This document shows, one piece after another, positions 20,802-30,328 of a DNA stretch of 64,000 bases (position 1 is the stretch's first letter; each line of letters begins with the position of its first letter). A program made the translations under genes and the position numbers. Location: positions 32,001 through 96,000 of the forward strand of contig CAXXFL010000006.1 of NCBI GenBank assembly GCA_963674965.2, given 5' to 3'. The notes below the pieces were generated by a model. It was not told where the DNA came from. It did no database searches and saw only the letters and a list, made by a program, of their open reading frames with translations. This DNA comes from a bacterium (GTDB lineage Bacteria > RBG-13-61-14 > DATKZS01).

Positions 20802-22172
20802 ATGACGCGGAAAATATTGATAGTCGACGACGAGAAGAACATGCGGGAGTTCTTAAAGGACCTGTTCGAGCTCGAGGGTTACGAGGCAAGGGGCGCGGCC
20901 GACGGCGAGACGGCCCTGGCCGACGCGGGCAAGGAACCGCCCGACCTGATGATCCTCGATCTCCGCCTGCCCGGTATCCAGGGCATGGAGGTCCTGCGCC
21001 GCCTGCGAGCGGGGGGAGCCGCCTTCCCCATCATCATCATCACCGCCCACGGAGACGTGGCCGCCGCCGTGGACGCGGTCAAGGCGGGGGCCGCCGACTT
21101 CATCGTCAAGCCCTTTGACAACGGCCGGGTGGTGGCGGCGGTCAAGCAGGCCCTCGAGGCCGAGGGCTTCGTGGCCGAGGCCGGACTCAGCCGGCCCGTG
21201 CTGGATAATAGAAAAATTCCCGGCGCCCCCGAGATAATCGGCCATAGCCCCGAGATACTCGGGGTTTTCGAGACCATCGAAAAAGTCGCCGCCACTCACG
21301 CCACGGTCCTCATCCGGGGCGAGAGCGGCACGGGCAAGGAACTGGTGGCCCAGGCCCTCCATATGAGAAGCACAAGGCGCGACGGCCCCATGATCTGCCT
21401 CAACTGCGCGGCCCTGCCCGAGACCCTGCTCGAGAGCGAGCTGTTCGGATACGAGCGCGGCGCCTTTACGGGGGCCCATCGCCGCAAGTCGGGCAAGATG
21501 GACCTGGCCGACGGGGGCACGTTGTTTCTGGATGAAGTAGGGGACCTTTCGGCCTCGGCCCAGGCCAAGCTTTTGCGAGTGCTGGAGGAGAGGGAGTTCT
21601 GCCCCCTTGGCGGTGACCGATCGAAAAAGGTTGACATCCGGATCATCGCGGCCACCAATCGCGATCTCGAGTCCATGTCCCGGTCCGGGTCGTTCAGGGA
21701 TGACCTTTTCTTCCGGCTGAACGTGGTGCCCCTTTACCTTCCGCCCCTGCGGGAAAGGACCCAGGACATAGCCGCCCTCGCCTCTCACTTCCTGGCCAAG
21801 TACAAAAAAAGACACGGCCGGGAGGACGCGGCCCTGGCCGACAAGGACGTGGCCAGAATGTCGGCCTACTCCTGGCCGGGAAACATCCGGGAACTCGAGC
21901 ACGCCATCGAGAAGTTCGTCATCCTCGGCGACCTGCCCATCCCCGAGGCCTCGGGCGCTCCCCTCCCTCTTGGCGCGGCTCGGGGAGGCGAGGGCCCGGT
22001 GGGTCCACTCAAGGACGCGGTCAAGGCGGCCGAGCGCGAGATAATCATCCGCGCCCTTCGCCGAGCCGGCGGAAACAAGTCCCAGGCCGCCCGCGACCTG
22101 AAAATCTCCTACAAGACCCTGTTCAATAAAATCTCGGAACACGGCATCGAGATCAAGTCGGAGATCGAATGA
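20802..22172 (+). CDS. NtrC-family sigma54-dependent response regulator
   Basis: Receiver ILIVDDE/LDLRLP, GESGTGKE, GAFTGA, WPGNIREL, Fis-type HTH; start moved to MTRKIL. Confidence 0.95.
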   Translation: MTRKILIVDDEKNMREFLKDLFELEGYEARGAADGETALADAGKEPPDLMILDLRLPGIQGMEVLRRLRAGGAAFPIIIITAHGDVAAAVDAVKAGAADFIVKPFDNGRVVAAVKQALEAEGFVAEAGLSRPVLDNRKIPGAPEIIGHSPEILGVFETIEKVAATHATVLIRGESGTGKELVAQALHMRSTRRDGPMICLNCAALPETLLESELFGYERGAFTGAHRRKSGKMDLADGGTLFLDEVGDLSASAQAKLLRVLEEREFCPLGGDRSKKVDIRIIAATNRDLESMSRSGSFRDDLFFRLNVVPLYLPPLRERTQDIAALASHFLAKYKKRHGREDAALADKDVARMSAYSWPGNIRELEHAIEKFVILGDLPIPEASGAPLPLGAARGGEGPVGPLKDAVKAAEREIIIRALRRAGGNKSQAARDLKISYKTLFNKISEHGIEIKSEIE

Positions 22173-22242
22173 ATATAACCGCGCCGGCGGCACAGAATTT
22201 GATTTTACTTCGCCCCTTTATGAATTCGTTGTCAATTCGTCC

Positions 22243-22271
22243 TTGACAATTCATGGCGGAGCAACTATAAA
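22243..22271 (+). promoter_or_regulatory. sigma70 promoter with overlapping inverted repeat
   Basis: TTGACA-17bp-TATAAA; TTGTCAA-N7-TTGACAA at 22229-22249. Confidence 0.6.
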
Positions 22272-22684
22272 TTAATCAAGAGCCGAACTAAGCGGAGTCG
22301 GGCTTGCCGATTAGTGAAGGCCTCCGTCGGGATTGATTAGTGAATGAGTTAGCCGTAAAGATATTTTACTACCCCAGGCAGAGAGCTCATTGAATGACTG
22401 ACCCTTCTAATATCTTATATGCTATATAAGACCGTACCCGAGCATTAGATTATTTTTAACGCCCCTTTTTAAAAACGGGGTTACAACTTGAGGATGGATG
22501 TTTTCTCATTATTCTTCGAAACGACAAAGAAGTCTCCATTTGCCTCTTATCAAACAGTGGAGTCGGCGTAAGCGCGTCCGTCGCGCTTGCCTGCACATGG
22601 CGGGCGTTAGTTATGCCCGCTAAACCTTGACGTCGGAGGGGGACCATTAATTCGCGGCCCCCGCCAAAAGGAGGAAAGAAGAGC

Positions 22685-23314
22685 ATGAAAAGGTTGTTGG
22701 GTTTCGCAGTATTGCTATTGGGAGTGACGCTAGTGGTCCCCGCCGTTTCGGAATCCGCGATGGTACGCGGGAAAAGCTATGTCGTGGGCGGCATTAACGC
22801 CGGCGCTCAGAACGCCTGGTCCGCTGAAGAGGGAGCGAGCGACGTAACCCTCTCCAATATGGGCGTGGGTATCCAGATAATGTATGGGTACAACTTCACC
22901 GACAATATCGCGCTGGAAGTAGGGTACAGCGGCAGCAACTTCGCGAGTCAGGTACAGGTGGACGGAGAAGCGATCGACGGTGACTACATGTATGTCCACG
23001 AAATAATGCCGAGGGTCGTTTTCAGGACAAACAATCCCGAGTTGGATTTTTACGGGTTCGTCGGCGGTGGAGTAGGCATCTTCCAATATCAAACTACAAC
23101 ATTCGGAGTCACCAACTCGGAAATGTACGCCGGCCCCGGCGGCACTTTGGGTGGTGGACTGCTATATCATTTCGATAATGGATGGTTTATTGGCGGCGAA
23201 GGAAGTTACGGCCAATATTTCGTCGACGTCTCGGACGAAGGTTCCGAAGAATCGAACAATGTTTACGTGAACCGGTTTTTCGCGACCTTCCGGTTCGGGT
23301 TCCAGTTCCTTTAA
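22685..23314 (+). CDS. Outer membrane beta-barrel protein (OmpA/OmpW-like)
   Basis: Signal peptide, YGYNFTDNIALEVGY, alternating C-terminal strand FRFGFQFL; AGGAGG RBS. Confidence 0.85.
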   Translation: MKRLLGFAVLLLGVTLVVPAVSESAMVRGKSYVVGGINAGAQNAWSAEEGASDVTLSNMGVGIQIMYGYNFTDNIALEVGYSGSNFASQVQVDGEAIDGDYMYVHEIMPRVVFRTNNPELDFYGFVGGGVGIFQYQTTTFGVTNSEMYAGPGGTLGGGLLYHFDNGWFIGGEGSYGQYFVDVSDEGSEESNNVYVNRFFATFRFGFQFL

Positions 23315-23331
23315 TAAACGTCTTTCACTTA

Positions 23332-23517
23332 GAGCCTCTTGTAAAAGTCCCGCTTTGGAGTGGGGCGGCTCGACGCCGCTTTTCTTCCGAGCGGCTTGAC
23401 GCGAGGCAAGCCGTTTTCTTGTTTGGCCTTGTCAAGCCAAGGCCATCGAAAGCGGTCTCAAGCGACCGCGCTCCAAAGCGGCCATGCCTCCAAGAAAAGG
23501 ACTTTTGCAAGAAGCTC
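23332..23517 (-). mobile_element. MITE family A copy 2
   Basis: GAGCCTCTTGTAAAA...TTTTGCAAGAAGCTC flanked by ACTTA duplication; reverse complement of copy 1. Confidence 0.88.
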
Positions 23518-23735
23518 ACTTAAAGACTCCCGAGCCCCTTCTTGCATGGAACGAGGGCTCGGGAGTATTCTTTTCCCTTCCATTAGTAATCCTCCCAGTT
23601 CGAGTAAGGAACGACTGGCGTCGGCGTCTTCTATGGAGGCGGCAATGGCCTCGCCATAAAGAACCTAAAAGTTGCCTTTGCTTTACGAATGTTTTCTGAA
23701 AACTCGATCGCGGCTATAATCTCTTTAGAGGTTTT

Positions 23736-24446
23736 ATGGCCATTCGCGTTGATAGGGAGGGAAGCCTTCGCGTCCTGACCATGGACGACGGGCTGGATAA
23801 CAGGTTCAACCTCGAGTTCCTGGGCCTTTTTAACCAGGCCCTGGACGAGATCGAGGAGGACCCCGAGGCCAGGGCGGCGGTGGTGACGGGAGGTCCGGAC
23901 CGCTTTTTCGCGGTGGGCATCGACATACCCTGGGCCCTTTCCGCCACCCTCCAGGACGCGACCGATTTCCTCACGGGCTATGTTAGGCTCGTGCATCGCT
24001 GCCTTCTCTTTCCCAAGCCCATGGTCTCGGCCATCAACGGCCACGCCTTTGCCGGCGGCTTCTTCCTGGCTATGACCTCCGACTGGCGAGTCATGCGCGA
24101 GGACAGGGGGTTCCTCTGCGTTCCCGAGATCGACCTCCCCTACGACCTACCGGTCGGACACGTCGCCCTTACCGCCATGGTGGTGGGGACCCGAAACGCC
24201 GACTACCTGGCCCTGACCGGAGAACGCGTGCCCGGGCCCAAGGCCCTGGCCCTCGGAGCAGCGGACGAGCTGGCCCAAAAGGACGAGGTCCTGCCCCGCG
24301 CCCTCGCCGCGGCCCTAAAGCTCTCGCCTAAAAGTATCGAGCAATACGCCCGCCATAAACGGAACCTCCGCGCCCGAGTCGCCCGGCTCCTTTTGGAGGA
24401 AGACCTGGGCTTCATGGTCGCCCTGGCTCAAAAGGAGCGCGGCTGA
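23736..24446 (+). CDS. Enoyl-CoA hydratase/isomerase family protein
   Basis: FFAVGID, PKPMVSAINGHAFAGG, DWRVMREDRGFLCVPEID. Confidence 0.92.
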   Translation: MAIRVDREGSLRVLTMDDGLDNRFNLEFLGLFNQALDEIEEDPEARAAVVTGGPDRFFAVGIDIPWALSATLQDATDFLTGYVRLVHRCLLFPKPMVSAINGHAFAGGFFLAMTSDWRVMREDRGFLCVPEIDLPYDLPVGHVALTAMVVGTRNADYLALTGERVPGPKALALGAADELAQKDEVLPRALAAALKLSPKSIEQYARHKRNLRARVARLLLEEDLGFMVALAQKERG

Positions 24447-24522
24447 GGCGGCCCGCCGTTTTTCCCCGCGCCCATCAGGCGCTATTATGTAAGAAAGCTT
24501 GAAAAGAAAATGGAGGCTACTC

Positions 24523-25431
24523 ATGCGCGTGAAAATTATAGCGGCTCTTTTTTGCCTGACGGCCGTTTGCGGCTGTCTCACCTCGAAGTCTTCCCAGCGT
24601 CTGGACGACATGGTCCCCAAGCTGGTCCCGCCCGAGGAGGTGGCCAATTACGAGCGGGACGTGATCTGGGCCTCGCCGGGCGGAAGAGATATCCTGCTCG
24701 ACGCGAGCTGGCCCGAGGGCGACGGCCCCTTCCCCGTTCTGGTCTGGATTCACGGCGGCTCATGGGAGTTCTTCTCGAAGGAGGCCAACGAGGGCCTGGC
24801 GCGTTTTATTACCAATCGCGGTTACGTGGTATTCAACGTTAACTACCGCATGGCGCCGGAGGTCCCGATAAAGACGATCGTCGAGGACGCCATGGGCGTG
24901 GTGATATGGGCCAAGGACCACGCGGCCGATTATAACGGAGACCCCCACCGCCTGGCCGTGGCCGGGCACAGCGCGGGCGGCCATCTTTGCGCCATGGTCA
25001 CCACCGCCTGCGGCGACCCCTTTTTCACGCCCACCTATCAAAGTGACTCCGGAGCCGACTGCAGGGTCTCCGCCGCCGTGCCCGTCAGCGGGGTTTATGA
25101 CTTCATCGCCCGGGGCAAAGAGGACCCCGAGAAATGGGAACGCGTGTTCGGCGTATCCTATCCGGACGACCCTTCCCTTTACGAAAGAATGTCGCCCATC
25201 ACGCGCGTCCGGGCCGACCTCCCGCCCCAACTGGTCGTGTACGCGGGAGACGAGGAATTACGAGAGGCCAACGAAAACTGGATCGCCGCGCTCGAGGCGG
25301 CCGGAGCGCCGGTCACGAGCTACATGGAGCCTGACGTGGACCACGTCTGGATTATATGGCACTGGAAAAAACCCGCCCTCAATACCTACGCCAAGATAGT
25401 CGAGTTCCTCGACTCGGAACTGAAGAAATAA
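24523..25431 (+). CDS. Alpha/beta hydrolase (HSL-like esterase), probable lipoprotein
   Basis: IHGGSW, NYRMAPE, GHSAGG; N-terminal AVCGC lipobox-like motif. Confidence 0.9.
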   Translation: MRVKIIAALFCLTAVCGCLTSKSSQRLDDMVPKLVPPEEVANYERDVIWASPGGRDILLDASWPEGDGPFPVLVWIHGGSWEFFSKEANEGLARFITNRGYVVFNVNYRMAPEVPIKTIVEDAMGVVIWAKDHAADYNGDPHRLAVAGHSAGGHLCAMVTTACGDPFFTPTYQSDSGADCRVSAAVPVSGVYDFIARGKEDPEKWERVFGVSYPDDPSLYERMSPITRVRADLPPQLVVYAGDEELREANENWIAALEAAGAPVTSYMEPDVDHVWIIWHWKKPALNTYAKIVEFLDSELKK

Positions 25432-25450
25432 TTCTTGCCCCGATTGGAGA

Positions 25451-26416
25451 ATGAAAATGAAAAAACGCTCCCTTCCCAGGAAAAAGGCCTTCCGCATTAT
25501 AAGGACCTTTGCCATCCTGGCCCTGTCGGTCGCGGCCTCCATGGCCATGGGCGCCAAGCGGCCCGAGCCGCCCGGCCCGCACGAGAACTACGGCGCCCGC
25601 GCCGAGACGGTTATCCGGGATATCCCCTATTCTCCAGGCAACGAGAGCGATATGGACCTGATGCTGGACGTTTACTCGAACCCTCACCAGGGCCTGTGGC
25701 CCGCGATAGTCATGATCCACGGCGGCTCCTGGATGGAGGGCGACAAGGAGGTGGACAACAAGGTCTACATCTGCAAGGTCCTGGCCGCCAACGGCTACGT
25801 GGTTTTTATCATCAACTACCGGCTCTGGCCGGAGGTAAAGATGAAAACGGAGGCTGAGGACGCCATGGCCGCGGTCATATGGGTCAAGCGTCACGCTCGG
25901 GAATACGGGGCCGACCCGGACCGGGTGGGCGTGGTGGGCGGCTCGGCGGGCGGCCATTTGGCGGCCCTGGTGGCCTGGGCCAGCGACGACCCCTGGTTCG
26001 AGCCCACCGGCTGGGACGACTCGGAGGTGGACTCGGACGTTAAGGTGGCGGCGCTTTATTATCCGGTGCTGGACGTGAACAAGACCTTTAACGAAGTGGT
26101 CACGCCCATCGTCACCCCCCTCGCCCGTTCCCTCTTGATCGGCAAGAAGCCCAAAAAGCAGCTAATGCACCTGTCGCCCAAATACCACGTGGACGCCAAC
26201 GTCCCTCCCACCATGTTCCTCACGGGAGACAAGGACTCCCTTAAGCTCTACCCCCACTCCGTGCTCTATCGCGATAAACTCGAGCAACTGGGCGTGGACA
26301 CGAAACTCTACACCGCCCCCGGCAAAGACCACGGCTTCACCTGGAACTACTGGGAACCCGAAAGCCTCGAGAGCGTAATGGAGATAGTCGATTTCTTCGA
26401 CAAGTATTTGAAGTAG
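25451..26416 (+). CDS. Alpha/beta hydrolase (HSL-like esterase), secreted paralog
   Basis: IHGGSW, NYRLWPE, GGSAGG, HGF. Confidence 0.9.
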   Translation: MKMKKRSLPRKKAFRIIRTFAILALSVAASMAMGAKRPEPPGPHENYGARAETVIRDIPYSPGNESDMDLMLDVYSNPHQGLWPAIVMIHGGSWMEGDKEVDNKVYICKVLAANGYVVFIINYRLWPEVKMKTEAEDAMAAVIWVKRHAREYGADPDRVGVVGGSAGGHLAALVAWASDDPWFEPTGWDDSEVDSDVKVAALYYPVLDVNKTFNEVVTPIVTPLARSLLIGKKPKKQLMHLSPKYHVDANVPPTMFLTGDKDSLKLYPHSVLYRDKLEQLGVDTKLYTAPGKDHGFTWNYWEPESLESVMEIVDFFDKYLK

Positions 26417-26705
26417 GGGGAGAGTTTTCAGGGAGGACATTCACTCCAAGCGGAGAAGCCGAGGGCTTGCCTCCCAGGTGAGACCCGCAGGGATGGCCCG
26501 GACAGCTCCGCCATCTGGGCGCCAAAGGCGCGGGAAAGAGTGCTTGCCTCCCGGGTGGCCCGTCCGGTTTCCCCGAAACCGCGCGGGTCCTGAAAATGAA
26601 AACTATTGTGTGCTCCCCGTAGTAACTCCCAGGCGAGCCTCTGTGCCAACGTAGATGAGACACTTCCCCTATGTTAAATTACTGTAGGGCGGGGGAGGTA
26701 TTAGG

Positions 26706-27245
26706 ATGTATAGAGAGATGGATGAAGACAGGAAGAAGGCAGGGATTGTTGGGGAGACGGAGGGAGCCCGTAGGGCGACCGGAGTCTCCCCAACCGGGAC
26801 GGCCGAGCCGGAGGACACTCCGGCCAAGCGGCCCGAGCGGGGAGGTCCGCCGATCATTCTTCCCGACCCGGAGGTCCCGGAAAAGCCCGCCCGGCGGCGC
26901 TTCACCGCGGCTTACAAGCTCGCAATCCTCGGGAAGGCCGACGCCTGCTCGGGGCATGGCGAGGTCGGCGCCCTGCTGCGCCGGGAGGGCCTTTATTCGT
27001 CGCGCCTGACGGCCTGGCGCAAGCAGCGGGACGAGGGGGCCTTGAAAGCGCTTTCGCCCGTAAAGCGGGGCCGCAAGCCCAAGGCCAAAAACCCGCTGGC
27101 CGATGAAGTGGCCCGCCTCGAGCGCGAGAACCGGAAGCTCCAAAAGCGGCTCGAACAGGCCGAGATGATAATCGACTTCCAAAAAAAAGTTGCCGATCTG
27201 CTGGGGATACCCCTGGCCAAGCCGCCCGGCGAAGAGAGCGAATGA
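26706..27245 (+). CDS. IS3-family transposase OrfA (HTH + leucine zipper)
   Basis: RRRFTAAYKLAIL, GALLRREGLYSSRLTAWRKQ, LEQAEMIIDFQKKV. Confidence 0.9.
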   Translation: MYREMDEDRKKAGIVGETEGARRATGVSPTGTAEPEDTPAKRPERGGPPIILPDPEVPEKPARRRFTAAYKLAILGKADACSGHGEVGALLRREGLYSSRLTAWRKQRDEGALKALSPVKRGRKPKAKNPLADEVARLERENRKLQKRLEQAEMIIDFQKKVADLLGIPLAKPPGEESE

Positions 27246-28258
27246 TGGAATCGGCAAGCACGGCCGCTCCCCGGGTCGGCGCCAAGGCCGCCTGCGAGGC
27301 CCTGGGCCTGTCGCGAGCAACGTTTAATCGTCGCGCTAAAATTCCCTTCGGGCCTCCGCCGCCGAGGCGCGCGGCCAAGCCGGCAAGGTCGTTGAGCGAG
27401 GACGAGCGGCGCCGGGTGCTGGACGAACTCCACTCCGAGCGCTTTGCCGACAAGGCCCCCCGCGAGGTCTGGGCAACGCTCCTGGACGAGGGGACATGGC
27501 TGTGCTCGGTCCGCACCATGTACCGCGTCCTCGACTCGGAAAAGGAAGTCCGGGAGCGGCGCAACCAACTCCGGCGTCCCCGATACAAAAAACCCGAGTT
27601 GCTGGCCGAGGCCCCCAACCAGGTCTGGTCCTGGGACGTCACCAAACTCAAGGGACCGGCCAAATGGACCTGCTACCAACTCTACGTGATCATGGACATC
27701 TTCAGCCGCTGCGTGGTGGGATGGATGATCGCCGGACGCGAAAGCGCGGAGCTGGCCCGCCGCCTGATCGGGGACAGCATCCGAAAACAGGGGATCGAGC
27801 CGGGACAACTCACCATCCACGCCGACCGGGGGAGTTCGATGAAATCAAAGCCGGTGGCCTTCTTGATGGCCGACCTGGGCGTGACCAAGAGCCACTCGCG
27901 GCCCCACGTGTCCGACGACAACCCCTACTCGGAAAGCCAGTTCAAGACCATGAAGTACCGGCCCGAGTTCCCGAGCCGGTTCGGCTCCATCGAGGACGCC
28001 AGGGCCTTTTGCGTGAAGTTTTTCGATTGGTACAACCGCGAGCATCGGCACACCGGGATCGGCCTGATGACGCCCGAGATGGTCCATTACGGAATGGCGA
28101 GCGAGATCGTGGCCGCCAGGCAAAAAACGCTCGACCACGCCTATGAAAAAAAACCGGAGCGCTTCGTGAAAAGACCGCCGACGGCGCCGGAGTTGCCCGG
28201 CAAAGCGTGGATCAACCCACCGGCGAAACCGGAGGAAATAAACAGTTTGCCACACTAA
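27242..28258 (+). CDS. IS3-family transposase OrfB (DDE integrase core)
   Basis: PNQVWSWDVT, IHADRGSSM, DDNPYSESQFKTMKY, WYNREHRH. Confidence 0.93.
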   Translation: MMESASTAAPRVGAKAACEALGLSRATFNRRAKIPFGPPPPRRAAKPARSLSEDERRRVLDELHSERFADKAPREVWATLLDEGTWLCSVRTMYRVLDSEKEVRERRNQLRRPRYKKPELLAEAPNQVWSWDVTKLKGPAKWTCYQLYVIMDIFSRCVVGWMIAGRESAELARRLIGDSIRKQGIEPGQLTIHADRGSSMKSKPVAFLMADLGVTKSHSRPHVSDDNPYSESQFKTMKYRPEFPSRFGSIEDARAFCVKFFDWYNREHRHTGIGLMTPEMVHYGMASEIVAARQKTLDHAYEKKPERFVKRPPTAPELPGKAWINPPAKPEEINSLPH

Positions 28259-28358
28259 ATTCAGGAAAGGCGTGTCTCATTTTGCTTGACACATTCCGCC
28301 TAAGGTACTCAGCAGTTGTTTGTTGAATGAGGATTTCTTCTGTATTGCGTCATTGTGC

Positions 28359-30104
28359 TTATCTTTCAAACTGAATGCCCAACAAGCTACCAGACGGTTC
28401 TCTGTCGGTTAGACGCAGTTTCACGTATCTATTGAAATCGAAATCTTCATGGAAATCCTCACTAGGAACCATATCAGAATTGAGGGCACAGATATATTGA
28501 ATCCCGTACTCTTGCGCAATTTCAGCGGCTCGCTGTAATGCAAGGGCTCTTTGTCTCGAATCAACGCCGTCAAAAAGGATGCTATCGTGAACTAAGAAAT
28601 CAATCTTGTTGTTTTGGGCCTTTAGAAACTGTAAAAGCATCAAGTCAAAAGAGAACACCTTCATTTTCCCGATGCCTTCACTCCCGCTCCTCTCGACCTC
28701 GATATTGTACTTGTACCCGGTATCTGAAATATCTATGACCAGACGCCCTGGACTGCTGTACAAGTACTGTATGTTGTCATCAAAAATACGAACCGCTGAG
28801 CTCCAAATCTCACGCCGTTGTTCATGATCTTGCTCCGCAACCGTTGCTAATTCGCTCTTGTTTCTGGAAATTTTTCGTTTGCGGGAAGCAATATCCTTTA
28901 TATTCGATATCCTGGAAATCACGCGCTCAAGTTCTTGCTTGGTCTCAACATGCCTTTCCTGTAATGCCGTCATTTCCTCCAGCGCACCATGAGTATTCAA
29001 TATTGTCATTAATTCAGCCCGCTGTTCTGTCAGCGCTTCAATTCTCTGATCGCGTTGTTGTATTTGGTCTTTGAGTCTTGATATCTCTGTTTCCAGAAAT
29101 GACTTGCGGTTTTCAACGATTTTTCGATGAAACTCCTTTGCATCCGCTAGGGTGCGACGGACAGAATCAGAAAATACGAGACCTGTTTCCTCATAAAGAC
29201 TTTCGATCTCGGTGTCAGAAGGAGGTTGCTCTTCAGAGACGGAAATCTCGTATCGCGTCAGTCTTCTTCGATCAGTTACATTCTGATTTACCAATTCATG
29301 AATGTTACTCGTTAACTGGTTCGCCTGTTCTTGAATGTCTTTGTATTGTGGGTGGACTCTAAAATTGTTCAGAGATGCAAGTTCTCGTTCGATCTGTGCT
29401 TCGAGTCTGACTCGTTCTGCTTCGAGTTCCCCCACTGTCCCCAAAGCATCTTCAATGGCACCTGTTTTTACCGCTTTATCAAGAGCATTAAGAGCTTCCA
29501 CTTGATCCTTTAAATCTTGCCACTTCGATGCAAGCTCCCAATTGAGCCCCAATAGATACGCGATGTGGAGTTGAGTATCCCAAGTTTTTTGATTGCGGCA
29601 TTGTTTGAAGGGATCGATATAAGCATCCATCCCAGTGCGGAGATAGTATGATATCAAGCTTCTAAACGAAGGTTTGTATTTATACACATCGTATGAACTC
29701 GCAAGACCAAATAATGCCCACCCAAGAAAAACTCTCCACCTTTTAAGATGAAAAACATGATCACCTGTTTCCTCATCTTCATCGGGTTGCTCAATCCATC
29801 CCTCAGTTGGCCCGTCTATAAATATCTTATTGTGATCTGCGATAGATCGGGTTACCTTCACCCGATTTTCCATTAAAGTTATTTCTAAAGTAAAAGCCCA
29901 ATCTTCTAATGGGTCGATTCTCAATCTTTTACCATCTGATCCAAGACAAAAATCAATGATGTCCATTAAGGTAGACTTCCCCAGTCCATTGCGGGTGTCC
30001 TGTTGAGTAGATGTATCAGTGCGCTCGGCCAGAACAACGTTAAGGCCTGTCGAAAACCCAACTGGATGGAATGAGCGTTTATTGGATGAAACACCGTGTA
30101 TCAT
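28359..30104 (-). CDS. lmuB: Lamassu/ABC-3C SMC-like ATPase (DUF2326-type)
   Basis: Walker A RNGLGKST, long coiled coil, signature GSEG, Walker B FLVHDS, D-loop DGVD. Confidence 0.85.
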   Translation of the reverse strand: MIHGVSSNKRSFHPVGFSTGLNVVLAERTDTSTQQDTRNGLGKSTLMDIIDFCLGSDGKRLRIDPLEDWAFTLEITLMENRVKVTRSIADHNKIFIDGPTEGWIEQPDEDEETGDHVFHLKRWRVFLGWALFGLASSYDVYKYKPSFRSLISYYLRTGMDAYIDPFKQCRNQKTWDTQLHIAYLLGLNWELASKWQDLKDQVEALNALDKAVKTGAIEDALGTVGELEAERVRLEAQIERELASLNNFRVHPQYKDIQEQANQLTSNIHELVNQNVTDRRRLTRYEISVSEEQPPSDTEIESLYEETGLVFSDSVRRTLADAKEFHRKIVENRKSFLETEISRLKDQIQQRDQRIEALTEQRAELMTILNTHGALEEMTALQERHVETKQELERVISRISNIKDIASRKRKISRNKSELATVAEQDHEQRREIWSSAVRIFDDNIQYLYSSPGRLVIDISDTGYKYNIEVERSGSEGIGKMKVFSFDLMLLQFLKAQNNKIDFLVHDSILFDGVDSRQRALALQRAAEIAQEYGIQYICALNSDMVPSEDFHEDFDFNRYVKLRLTDREPSGSLLGIQFER

Positions 30105-30328
30105 TCTCGCGTCCTCTCAATCATTCCATTTGTGAGACTCACCAATCCGGCTATATAAAGCATGTCGAGAGCAAGAATAAATCTTTCAAACGTGCCGATT
30201 GACTGATGAGTTCTTACTTTCTCCCAAAGACTTGTGACCGTTTGGGGCCCTCTGACCTCATTGAGAATAACTGCTCCAACACCTATAAGAGCCTGGTCTT
30301 CAGTTATGTGCTTAGAGGGCAAAATCAT
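30101..30328 (-). CDS. lmuC: Lamassu/ABC-3C middle component
   Basis: 75 aa, MILPSKHI...TVTSLWEK...FILALDMLYIAGLV; ATGA overlaps with both neighbours. Confidence 0.8.
   Translation of the reverse strand: MILPSKHITEDQALIGVGAVILNEVRGPQTVTSLWEKVRTHQSIGTFERFILALDMLYIAGLVSLTNGMIERTRE

Larger units (their letters stand above)
26642..28293 (+). mobile_element. IS3-family insertion sequence
   Basis: Imperfect IRs TGTGCCAACGTAGATGAGACAC / (rc) TGTGTCAAGCAAAATGAGACAC enclosing orfA and orfB. Confidence 0.9.
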
